In this document: in pieces, positions 10,038-18,671 of the stretch
Layout: each line of letters begins with the position of its first letter
Position numbering within the stretch: position 1 is the first letter of the stretch
Assembly: GCA_001563335.1 (NCBI GenBank)
Contig: LRSL01000092.1
Coordinates: 1-36,229, forward strand
DNA from: Candidatus Thorarchaeota archaeon SMTZ1-45
GTDB lineage: Archaea > Asgardarchaeota > Thorarchaeia > Thorarchaeales > Thorarchaeaceae
Direction of reading: 5' to 3'
DNA length: 36,229 nucleotides
Position numbers and translations under genes: made by a program
The notes under the pieces: generated by a model
Told to the model about the DNA's origin: nothing
The model's database searches: none
The model's input: the letters and a program-made list of their open reading frames with translations, nothing else

Positions 10038-10133
10038 ATGGCTCTTTTAAAATACGGGCTCCAATTTGCGTGGTTTAACAAAAATGCACTTCAAACTAGT
10101 GCCATTACTCATGCTTACGCCTACAGGAGGTAA
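10038..10133 (+). CDS. Micropeptide P2 (31 aa), TxA[IL]TxAY family
   Basis: MALLKYGLQFAWFNKNALQTSAITHAYAYRR*. SD-like GGAAGGTG upstream. Confidence 0.62.
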   Translation: MALLKYGLQFAWFNKNALQTSAITHAYAYRR

Positions 10134-10138
10134 GTTGC

Positions 10139-10207
10139 TTGACGAAAAAGAACAATTCTCGCACCATCTCCACTCGTGCAATCACTGACGCCTACTTCAG
10201 GAGGTAG
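10139..10207 (+). CDS. Micropeptide P3 (22 aa), TxA[IL]TxAY family
   Basis: TTG start 7 nt after AGGAGGT (the end of P2). MTKKNNSRTISTRAITDAYFRR*. Confidence 0.6.
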   Translation: MTKKNNSRTISTRAITDAYFRR

Positions 10208-10366
10208 TTTCACTGCAGGTCCTTCTCAAACACTATAATTTTGGTTTGAAATATCAACAAAATCTCGATTTTAAGTACAGGACACAAAATAATGCTTTGA
10301 GAATAATGTTTATATCCAAACCATTACTGAACAATGGTTGGTTGTATAAACCAATATCATGAAGTG

Positions 10367-10489
10367 ATGACAATGACACGGTCGAATTTCCTCTCAACAG
10401 ATATGTTCTGTTTGACAAGTGAGGACAAGACGATTTGTGTTCAATCATTTGGTGCATTGTGTAATGCTGGTCTAAGTGTGTCAGATTAG
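10367..10489 (+). CDS. Possible small Cys/Ser/Thr-rich ORF (40 aa)
   Basis: MTMTRSNFLSTDMFCLTSEDKTICVQSFGALCNAGLSVSD*. TATAAA about 20 nt upstream and GAAGTGA at the start. Confidence 0.3.
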   Translation: MTMTRSNFLSTDMFCLTSEDKTICVQSFGALCNAGLSVSD

Positions 10490-10560
10490 AGCCACGCGAT
10501 TTCACATTATAGTTACATCGGACAAATCTCCTATCTCCGAATCTCCTAAGATGGGGATTC

Positions 10561-10599
10561 TGCATCGGCCCTCGTATGTGTGATCCGAGGGCTGATGCA
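10561..10599 (+). other. GC-rich 14-bp RNA hairpin
   Basis: TGCATCGGCCCTCG / 11-nt loop / CGAGGGCTGATGCA with one G-U pair and no downstream T-tract. Confidence 0.7.
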
Positions 10600-10620
10600 A
10601 TTCAAAGGAAGTTGACAGAC

Positions 10621-10725
10621 ATGAAACGTGAATCGAAAATCAGAATCAAGGTAACCAAAAAAGCACATCTTGAAAATACATCAACTTCGATTTCTTACGA
10701 AGATCACAAACAAAAGATTGAGTGA
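10621..10725 (+). CDS. Possible small basic ORF (34 aa) directly upstream of the MFS gene
   Basis: MKRESKIRIKVTKKAHLENTSTSISYEDHKQKIE*. Stop is 9 nt before the MFS ATG. Confidence 0.3.
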   Translation: MKRESKIRIKVTKKAHLENTSTSISYEDHKQKIE

Positions 10726-10734
10726 TGATATTTC

Positions 10735-12291
10735 ATGAGTAGAATGAAATCCTTTCTAGGCTTACCAGATGCTACTGACAAAGTCATAAGACTAGCAAAA
10801 ATAATGGGAATATTGGGACCACTTGCCAATCTAACATTCTTCCTTTCAACTACATTCTATGTGATCTTTGTAGCAGAAGCTCTTGGTGGCGGTCCCGGTA
10901 TGTATCTCCAAGGTATTGGTCTAGTTGGAACTCTTGTGGTTGTACAGATGGTTGTGCAGATACTTCTCGACTACCCAACTGGCGCTGTTGGAGATTGGAT
11001 TGGACAGAGGTACATTATAGCTGGCGCAAATCTATCATATGGTGTTGCGTACATTCTAGTTTCCTTTGTGACAGTTGATACACCCTATATCACCCTAGTG
11101 GGCATCTATGCACTACAAGGATTTGCACAGTCACAATCAAGCGGTGCTTGGGGAGCTTGGTTTGATAACAACTACAGAGTTGCAATGCCTGGTGATTCAG
11201 ATAGGAAGCAATATGGAGTGTTCTGGGGGCGAATGGGTATGATAATGCAGATAGTTGCTACTGCCTCTTTGATTCCAGGTAGCATTCTAGCTGCTATATT
11301 CTCAAGAGCTTGGGTTTTCCAACTGCAAGGAGTCTTGGCCTTTCTCTTTGCTCTGGTTGTATTCAGATTAGTTCGAGATTTCCCCGAGGTTGAAGAAAAG
11401 AGAGCTCAGAATGGTGAACGTCCCGATCTAGGAGAGTATTTCTCAATCTTGAAGGGTGGTATCAGCTATCTTTTCAGACATGCATTTGTTAGGTATATTG
11501 CAGTTGGAACAATGTTAGCTGTTAGTTCAATCATGGTGTGGGGGAATCTTATTTTATTCCCAATGTACTACCTATATCTAATCACCGATGTTGGAGTCGC
11601 CAGCTTCAGGACGTTATTATTTATTCCTGGAATTTTCTCACAAGAACGGTCTGGCGTATGGTCTCGAAGGTTTGAGCCAAAGAAGTGGATCCCACGGTTT
11701 CGTCTGATGCAGACATGCGGGTTCATCTTTTTCTGGGTATTTGCAGCAATCATGTTGCTATTTCCACCTGCAGCACCCAGCACGAACGTATTGACTCTTT
11801 ACTGGCCATTCACAAGTATTGAACTCTTAACACTTCCTGCAGAGAATTTAATCCCGATTGTTCTCATATTCACAACATTCGTATCTACCAGTTTCTTCGG
11901 AGGATTTGCTGAAATCCTAACCCAAAGAGTATTGTTGGATGTCATTCCAAATAGAATTAGGAACTCTATGTATTCTCTCTTTCCAACGGTGGCAACTCTA
12001 CTAGCAATTCCACAGATTGCACTCTTTGGATGGTCGATCACTATAATTGGATTCCCATTGACTCTAGCCGCATGTGGTTTGATTTCATTTATGGGAGTAT
12101 TGCTCATAGTCCATGGCTTTAGACATGAACCTCCTGAACCTGACGGTGAAACCTGGGCGAATGGTGATGCCGTCTTGCCTCCAAAAGAGCCTGAACTTGG
12201 TGGAGCTGAGAAGCTATCCGAAGAAACTCTCCATAAAACCGAAGCAGGTGGGTTGGAGGAGATCGCAGAAGGAATTCTCCTAGAGGATTAA
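10735..12291 (+). CDS. MFS transporter
   Basis: DYPTGAVGDWIGQR motif A, SGAWGAW, about 12 TM segments and an acidic C-terminal tail. Confidence 0.88.
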   Translation: MSRMKSFLGLPDATDKVIRLAKIMGILGPLANLTFFLSTTFYVIFVAEALGGGPGMYLQGIGLVGTLVVVQMVVQILLDYPTGAVGDWIGQRYIIAGANLSYGVAYILVSFVTVDTPYITLVGIYALQGFAQSQSSGAWGAWFDNNYRVAMPGDSDRKQYGVFWGRMGMIMQIVATASLIPGSILAAIFSRAWVFQLQGVLAFLFALVVFRLVRDFPEVEEKRAQNGERPDLGEYFSILKGGISYLFRHAFVRYIAVGTMLAVSSIMVWGNLILFPMYYLYLITDVGVASFRTLLFIPGIFSQERSGVWSRRFEPKKWIPRFRLMQTCGFIFFWVFAAIMLLFPPAAPSTNVLTLYWPFTSIELLTLPAENLIPIVLIFTTFVSTSFFGGFAEILTQRVLLDVIPNRIRNSMYSLFPTVATLLAIPQIALFGWSITIIGFPLTLAACGLISFMGVLLIVHGFRHEPPEPDGETWANGDAVLPPKEPELGGAEKLSEETLHKTEAGGLEEIAEGILLED

Positions 12292-12301
12292 ACACCGAAA
12301 T

Positions 12302-12325
12302 AAGGCTGCAACACTATGCAGCCTT
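12302..12325 (+). terminator. Hairpin after the MFS gene
   Basis: AAGGCTGCA-acacta-TGCAGCCTT perfect 9-bp stem followed by T-rich sequence. Confidence 0.6.
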
Positions 12326-12449
12326 CAATTCATTTTGTATACCAGCGTAAAGTTAATACTGACTCTCGCAGATTGAACATTGGTGCTTACAATTGACGGA
12401 TAGACCACAGTTTCTGACCGTTTCTTATTCTGACTCAGGTCTTAGTACA

Positions 12450-13223
12450 ATGAGTTATGAACGAAAGATGGTCCGTGAAAAAGATGTGAAATTTGATGGA
12501 GAGGATGGTTCACTAGAGGTTACTGATGTTCGACTTGTCTGGTACAAGAAACCCTCCGGAGGCGGATGGAAAAAATGGGGTGCTTTAGCAGGTGCTGTTG
12601 CAGGAGCCGCCCTGCTTGAAGGTGCAGGACGACAAATGGGTGGTATAGGTCGCCATGTAACACGTTCATTGGCTAGAGGCATAACATACGCCGCTGTTGG
12701 AACTGCAATCTCTTCTTGGACCGCTGATTCATACTATAATAGAGATAAAGATGGTAATACAGAAAGTTTGGCTCTTCCTCTAATTGCGATTAGTCAAGCC
12801 AGTCAAAGTGGTGACCGATTGATCGTTGAATTAAGGTCTGGAGGAACAATGGAGTTTAATTTTAAGCAGAGGAAAGTAATACCCTCAATTCTTGCGAATG
12901 TGATATCTGCACAGGAACAAGGCAAATGTCCTTATTGTGGAACTAATGCTGGAAACGTTCCGAGCTGTCCAAACTGTGGAGGTGTCATCGAAGGTGGTTC
13001 AGGTGGAGCTCCTCATGGTGGTGCTGAAGCACATACTGGTGCAGGCGGACCTGGTTCGATGACGATCCATTATACAGATCGAGATGGTGATGGTCAACCA
13101 GACTCTGTTACTGTAACTGGTGCTGGTGTACCTGGTGGTGCTCAGGCTGGTTTTTGCAGAAATTGTGGGACTCCATATCCTCAAGGTGCAAGATTCTGTA
13201 ATTCTTGTGGACAACGAGTTTGA
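12450..13223 (+). CDS. PH/GRAM-like domain with Gly/Ala-rich insert plus zinc ribbons
   Basis: GSLEVTDVRLVWY ... LALPLIAISQ ... LIVEL..MEFNF followed by a helix; CPYC/CPNC and CRNC/CNSC ribbons; DRDGDG motif. ATG 12450 preferred. Confidence 0.65.
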   Translation: MSYERKMVREKDVKFDGEDGSLEVTDVRLVWYKKPSGGGWKKWGALAGAVAGAALLEGAGRQMGGIGRHVTRSLARGITYAAVGTAISSWTADSYYNRDKDGNTESLALPLIAISQASQSGDRLIVELRSGGTMEFNFKQRKVIPSILANVISAQEQGKCPYCGTNAGNVPSCPNCGGVIEGGSGGAPHGGAEAHTGAGGPGSMTIHYTDRDGDGQPDSVTVTGAGVPGGAQAGFCRNCGTPYPQGARFCNSCGQRV

Positions 13224-13240
13224 TTAATAACATAATAGGA

Positions 13241-13258
13241 GGGCTCAATATTGAGCCC
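13241..13258. terminator. Perfect 18-bp palindrome between convergent genes
   Basis: GGGCTCAATATTGAGCCC followed by a pyrimidine tract on the + strand. Confidence 0.65.
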
Positions 13259-13279
13259 ATCTTCTCTCTTTTGCATCCA

Positions 13280-14062
13280 TCAACGGAACATATCAGATTC
13301 CTTAGTTCTATTGATATCTACTGCTTTTTCAACACCATCTGAATACTCATATCCTCGAACAATCACAACTGGAATTCTCTCTCCAGCTTGACCCATCAAT
13401 GGCTCCACAAATGAAGCTAGTTCATCAATTTGACAGACAGTGGAGCGTTTCAAGACTCTTCCATACAGGTCACTCTTTCCCTTGTTATGTTTGAAAGCGT
13501 TGATTCCAGCACAACCAATGGCAACATTAACCAGGCCCTTTCTCCAAGGTCTACCTTGTGTATCTGAGATAACAACAGAAAGCTCAACACCTGTTTCTTT
13601 CTCAAGACCTTGAAGAATTAATTCTGCAGATTTGTCCGGGTTCTTTGGCAGAAGGACATACTCTTCCTCAGGTGCATTCGACTTGTCAACACCACTAAAA
13701 TTGCAAATTAGACCTGAATGAGTTTCTACAATTAATACACCATCACTCTTGATAACGACAGCAGATTCTCTAAGAGCAAGTTCTACATGGATTGGATTAA
13801 ACTTATTTCTTTCAGCGATTTCACGAGCTTGTTCTGATATATCAACATCTTTTACTCGAACAAATCTGTCTTCTGATTTTGATACAATTTTCGAGGCAAT
13901 TACTATGACATCTCCATTGACTAGGTTGATTTCCTCTCTCTTGATTGCATCAAGTATTATCTCAACTAGATCATCACCTGACTTAACGATTGGAATAGAA
14001 TGCAATGCTGTTGCTGAAACTCCGTGGGATGTCATTATCCTTCTCTTGATTGCGTTATCCAT
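13280..14062 (-). CDS. cofE: Coenzyme F420-0:L-glutamate ligase
   Basis: IPIVKSGDDL, SKIVSKSE, GVDKSN, LLPKNPD, SDTQGRPWRKG, DELAS and PVVIVRG. Alternative start at ATG 14035. Confidence 0.93.
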   Translation of the reverse strand: MDNAIKRRIMTSHGVSATALHSIPIVKSGDDLVEIILDAIKREEINLVNGDVIVIASKIVSKSEDRFVRVKDVDISEQAREIAERNKFNPIHVELALRESAVVIKSDGVLIVETHSGLICNFSGVDKSNAPEEEYVLLPKNPDKSAELILQGLEKETGVELSVVISDTQGRPWRKGLVNVAIGCAGINAFKHNKGKSDLYGRVLKRSTVCQIDELASFVEPLMGQAGERIPVVIVRGYEYSDGVEKAVDINRTKESDMFR

Positions 14063-14346
14063 TCAACGGAAAAGTCTGCCCATTGACCAATTTAATACCA
14101 ATAAGTTTAGAACACGTGTTCCTGTATTATATTACTCCATGGTCACAATTTCCATATGACTTCAAATGTACTCTAAGTTGTACAAACCTACAGAATGAGC
14201 CGTTTTGAAGGGATTAGTGACAGAAATGATTAATATAGAATAAGAGAAATCCGACTATTCAACACAGAATGCTGTTACGTGGGAAAATCTGTCCTGCTGA
14301 ATTGACATGAGATGTATTATAAAGTTCGAAATTGGAGCGAATTACA

Positions 14347-16350
14347 TTGTCCGAGAAGAAATCTAGTTCAAATCCAACACCTGCACCAACAAAGGTTGAC
14401 TCAGGAGATATCAAACAAGGCACAATTGCTAAATTCATGCGAAAGCGTACGCAGCTTGTAGGATTTGAAACTGGACTTAACAAACACACGCAATATGCAA
14501 TTGAGTTCTTGGACAATGCAATTGATGCACTCGAAAGTTGGTGGTGGAAAACTAAAAGACGCCCACGACTTCAAGATCAACTTGATCCCGCAATTGTTTC
14601 CGAAGTTCGTGCCAAACTTGAAGAGGGCCAAATTGATACCATCACCCTTAGCAAACAACTTGAGAGAGACGTCAAAGCAGGAAAGGAAGTCGAGATTCAA
14701 GCAAGACGTAAAGAATCCATTGATGAGCGTATAACCGAGTTTCGAAAATTCGTGGTGCCTTTACGACCTTTATTGTCAAAGAGAGAGCCTTTAGTAGTTC
14801 TAGAACTAAAAGAGGTTCAAATGCCTGACCTTGTTCCCATTGATGATGAAGAAGGATTCAAGGTCTATGAATTCACATGTTTTGATACCGGTGTGGGTAT
14901 GGTACCAAATGATCTTGAAAAATTCGGTATCTATCTTGCATCTAGCAAATCTGAGAAACTAAGACAGACAAGAGGAAGCCAAGGATTTGGTGCACCTTCT
15001 GCATTTAGTGATGCGCAAAACACTACTGGAAAACCCATTTTCACTATATCAAAACGATTCAACTCTGATGTAACAACTATCACCAATTTCTACACAACCA
15101 CTGCAAACACAAAGGAACATGTTGGTGGTCCAGTGAATATGGACCTTCCATTCAACCATGGCACATATATCCGATTATACTATTTGAATATTCAATACCG
15201 ACGAGGGTACGCTGATATCTATTGTGAGATGGCATCACTCCTCAACTCCCATGTGACAATAATCTTCATTGATCCATATGGTGTCGTTCACATACATCCT
15301 CGCCGAGTTAATGCTTTCCCTGAAGAACCAAAGTATGCTCAGCCACATCCTGCAAGCATCAGAATCGGTGAGTTTCAAGACTTACTTCGTGAAACCAGAG
15401 AATCGGATTTACGTGGCTTTTTGACTAAGGCTTTTTGCCGATTGAGTGCAAATAAGGCAAAAACCATAGTTGCCAATGCAAGCAAGGACCTCCGAAGAAG
15501 GCATCTTGACGATCTTAAAATGACTACACCTACTGATTCCCTCTCCAAGACTGAGGTCGAACTACTTTATCGAGCTTTTTCAAGCGAAGATTATATCGCT
15601 CCTCCAACAGATACTGTTGTTCCAGTTGGCGAAGAAATATTCGAACAAACAATTCAGATGGCCTATAATCCTGATTTCGTTGCAGCTGTTACAAGAAAAC
15701 CTACATCAGGAAAGGGCTTGTCTTTTGCAATTGAAGTATGTATTGCCTACGGTGGTGAAATCAAACCAGCTTCATCTGCTCCAATGGTTCTCTGGAGGTT
15801 TGTCAATAGAGTACCAAAACTTCGTGATAATAGTGACTGCGCCACCTGGAAGGCAACAGCCTCAGTAAACTGGAAAAACTACAAGCTACAGTCCTTTGAT
15901 AATGGAATTCCACGTGGTCCAGTTATGGTGTTTATTCATGTTGCAGGGGCTTATGTACATGTCATGTTCAAAGGACAGAGTAAACAAGCGCTTGCGGAGG
16001 ATGAAGTGCTCCTGAGGGAGATAAAATTAGCACTCGAAGATGCAGGACGTAAGTTCAGGCGCTTCATAACACGACGTGAAACAGCACGACGGAAAGCAAA
16101 GCGTGCTGGAATCCTTGCTATGTATGCTGATCAATTCGCTCAAAGTCTTGTAACAATAGCTAATGATGGTAGGAAGAAACCCATTTTCGATGCTGAAACA
16201 ATTGCCAGTAAACTCAGAGACTCTATTACAGGATTCGAAACAGTTGAGGACCAAGAAGAAACCGAAACTGATGCTCTTGGAACAGATCTTATAGCTGACA
16301 TACCACTTGATGACGATGAAGGAGCTATTGAAGAAGGTGAGCTTGAATGA
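14347..16350 (+). CDS. top6B: DNA topoisomerase VI subunit B
   Basis: GHKL motifs EFLDNAIDA, DTGVGM, QTRGSQGFG and HGT; PHP; RFVNRVP; SKQALA. TTATAAA at 14317 favours TTG 14347 over 14332. Confidence 0.93.
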   Translation: MSEKKSSSNPTPAPTKVDSGDIKQGTIAKFMRKRTQLVGFETGLNKHTQYAIEFLDNAIDALESWWWKTKRRPRLQDQLDPAIVSEVRAKLEEGQIDTITLSKQLERDVKAGKEVEIQARRKESIDERITEFRKFVVPLRPLLSKREPLVVLELKEVQMPDLVPIDDEEGFKVYEFTCFDTGVGMVPNDLEKFGIYLASSKSEKLRQTRGSQGFGAPSAFSDAQNTTGKPIFTISKRFNSDVTTITNFYTTTANTKEHVGGPVNMDLPFNHGTYIRLYYLNIQYRRGYADIYCEMASLLNSHVTIIFIDPYGVVHIHPRRVNAFPEEPKYAQPHPASIRIGEFQDLLRETRESDLRGFLTKAFCRLSANKAKTIVANASKDLRRRHLDDLKMTTPTDSLSKTEVELLYRAFSSEDYIAPPTDTVVPVGEEIFEQTIQMAYNPDFVAAVTRKPTSGKGLSFAIEVCIAYGGEIKPASSAPMVLWRFVNRVPKLRDNSDCATWKATASVNWKNYKLQSFDNGIPRGPVMVFIHVAGAYVHVMFKGQSKQALAEDEVLLREIKLALEDAGRKFRRFITRRETARRKAKRAGILAMYADQFAQSLVTIANDGRKKPIFDAETIASKLRDSITGFETVEDQEETETDALGTDLIADIPLDDDEGAIEEGELE

Positions 16351-18578
16351 GTCGTAAGAAATCAAAGGAAAAAGAAGAAACTGTTCAAGCAACCCTTAGC
16401 GAGGTTGTTGAAGAACCTAAACTAAAGAAGAATACAAAGGCGAAACCCGTGAAGAAGAGCACAAAGAAAACATCTAGAAAAACATCCAGTACAAAAAAGA
16501 CCAAACGCACTTCTAAAAAGACTCCTGATAAGAAAGAAACTCCAAAGGAAAAGGAAGCTCTAAAAAGGAAAGAGGAACCGCCTGCTCCAAAGAAGACGAC
16601 CAAAAAGAAGTCTGCTTCAAAGAAAAAGGAAACCAAGACACAGAAAACGACTTCAGTAAAGAAAGAAGTACCAATTGAACCTCCAGAGAGTTCCTTCAAG
16701 TTAACTGAGCTACCAGGGGTTGGACCAAAACTAGAAGAAAGGTTGGTTAAAGCAAAATATGAAACAGTTGAGAAGTTGTCACGTGCAAGACCTTTCTCAA
16801 TTGCTAAGAAAGTTGAAGGACTTAGTAAAGCTGGAGCAAAGAAACTCATAGATGCTGCCAAGGATTTGGTTAAGAAACGAAATGTAACAATTGAATCTTC
16901 TGAAGCTCAACCAGATATCAAAGTTGAAGATATTCCTCCGCCAAAGTTTGCCTTGACAGATGTTCCTGGTTTGGGACCCAAACTTGCCCTTTCCTTGGAA
17001 CATGCAGGTTATGACTCAGTTGCTCGATTAGCTAGAGCATCTCCGCAAAATGTTGCAAAGAAGGTGGGTGGTCTTAGACTTCAGAAAGCGATATCGATTG
17101 TTAATGCTGCCAAAGGTTTGATTCTAGATCAGGAATTAGCAGAGCTGACAGGAGAAACTGAAACACTAGTTATTACTGCAGCAGCATCTTCAGCAGATGC
17201 AACATCACCACCTGAGATGGAACCTGCTTTAAAGGATGAGAAACCAGCGAAAAAACCTGCGAAAGAGAAAGGACCCAAGAAAAAAGCTCCCAAGAAAAAA
17301 GCACCTCTTACAAAGAAGCCGGCTAAAGCACCTAAAGCGCCTCCCATTAAGAAACTTAAGCCTATTCGAAAAGAATCCGGTTTGCCTGTTCCAAAAGCTG
17401 TCCAGGATCTTGCAGTTGAATTAAAGGAGAACTGGGCTCTAGTAGAACAAAGAGTTCAAGAATTACCTGGATCTGGTGGGGTGGCTGAACCTTTAATTGA
17501 AACAGTTGAAGTTGTAAATCTTTCTGCTGATGACACAACGGAGAGAATCGTTGATACTGCATTAGATATTCTAAATGAAACCATGACAAGTGGAAGACCT
17601 GCATTTGATATACCAAGTAGGTCCGGTGACAATATCGTCTGGGATGAGGTCCGAGATTTACTGCTATTAGGAATGCGTACAATCTCGCGTCCATATCACT
17701 CACTAGCATCTGTTGTTGACGCAACAAGAACAGCTCGCGTTATGGAGATTGTTTTCAATCTTCTGAAATTAAACCTGCATGCAACGAAACGTGAGGTTTA
17801 CTACAGCGATGTTAACCTATTCAGAGAACAGAAGTATAGTGATAAGATCATTGAAGATGTCGCTTCTATGATTCAGACTACACGTGACAGTATTCATGTA
17901 GTTGCATCTGCTCGAGGTTCTGCCATGGGTCGAGTGACTATACGAGATGGTGGTGACCTTATTGATTTGACAAAGATGGGCACGGGCGGATGGGCTGTAA
18001 CACCATTTCTAGACCAACTTGAGATAGTTGAGAGTGATGCTGAGTTCATTATATTGTCTGAGAAAGATGCTGCTGTTATGCGTCTTGCTGAAGCAAAGTA
18101 TTGGAACCGCCAACCTTGTATAGTAATTACTGGAAAAGGATCAGGCGACATTGCTACAAGGGCATTCCTCAAGATGTTAGTGAAGGAACTTGAGATTCCA
18201 GCTTTTGCATTAGTAGACTCAGATCCATATGGTCATTACATCTATTCTGTATTCCTTAGAGGTAGTAAACGATTGAGCTATGAATCACCATTCATTGCTA
18301 CGCCAGAGCTAAAGCTTCTTGGAGTTTTGAGTCGTGACTTGGATGAATATAAAATACCCAAAGCAGTTCGAATTCCAATGCAGCCAACTGACATTAAGCG
18401 CGTCAAAGATATGTTGAAAGAACCATTCGTAAAACGGAATAAACCCTGGGTTGAAGATTTAGAATTGATGCTCAGACTTAAAGAGAAAGCTGAGATTCAA
18501 GCATTTGCAAGTCACAGTTTTGAATTTCTCACTGATGCATATATCCCCCGAAAACTGGAAACAGGTGATTGGATTTAA
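16347..18578 (+). CDS. top6A: DNA topoisomerase VI subunit A (Spo11 family) with long N-terminal Lys-rich and 2xHhH extension
   Basis: TKREVYY catalytic Tyr, EKDA, TGKG, DSDPYG Toprim and KAEIQA; ATGA overlap with top6B. Confidence 0.95.
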   Translation: MSRKKSKEKEETVQATLSEVVEEPKLKKNTKAKPVKKSTKKTSRKTSSTKKTKRTSKKTPDKKETPKEKEALKRKEEPPAPKKTTKKKSASKKKETKTQKTTSVKKEVPIEPPESSFKLTELPGVGPKLEERLVKAKYETVEKLSRARPFSIAKKVEGLSKAGAKKLIDAAKDLVKKRNVTIESSEAQPDIKVEDIPPPKFALTDVPGLGPKLALSLEHAGYDSVARLARASPQNVAKKVGGLRLQKAISIVNAAKGLILDQELAELTGETETLVITAAASSADATSPPEMEPALKDEKPAKKPAKEKGPKKKAPKKKAPLTKKPAKAPKAPPIKKLKPIRKESGLPVPKAVQDLAVELKENWALVEQRVQELPGSGGVAEPLIETVEVVNLSADDTTERIVDTALDILNETMTSGRPAFDIPSRSGDNIVWDEVRDLLLLGMRTISRPYHSLASVVDATRTARVMEIVFNLLKLNLHATKREVYYSDVNLFREQKYSDKIIEDVASMIQTTRDSIHVVASARGSAMGRVTIRDGGDLIDLTKMGTGGWAVTPFLDQLEIVESDAEFIILSEKDAAVMRLAEAKYWNRQPCIVITGKGSGDIATRAFLKMLVKELEIPAFALVDSDPYGHYIYSVFLRGSKRLSYESPFIATPELKLLGVLSRDLDEYKIPKAVRIPMQPTDIKRVKDMLKEPFVKRNKPWVEDLELMLRLKEKAEIQAFASHSFEFLTDAYIPRKLETGDWI

Positions 18579-18671
18579 TCCTTTAAGCACATTAAACCAC
18601 AAGTGAGGTTTTATTACTATATAAGAGTGCGTCAGAATAACTATAGAGAACTCTTGGAGGATATCCCAACG

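Noticed and set aside
10487-10549. In-frame continuation after TAG (SHAISHYSY...) faintly resembling the peptide motif, suggesting pyrrolysine readthrough
   Set aside because: The similarity is too weak, there are no pyl genes in the window, and TAG is an ordinary stop for several genes here.
10254-10565. 103-aa minus-strand ORF in the large gap
   Set aside because: No recognisable domain, and it runs antisense to plus-strand promoter-like signals and small ORFs; probably spurious.
16385-16861. 158-aa Phe-rich antisense ORF
   Set aside because: It mirrors the Lys-rich (AAA/AAG) codons of top6A.
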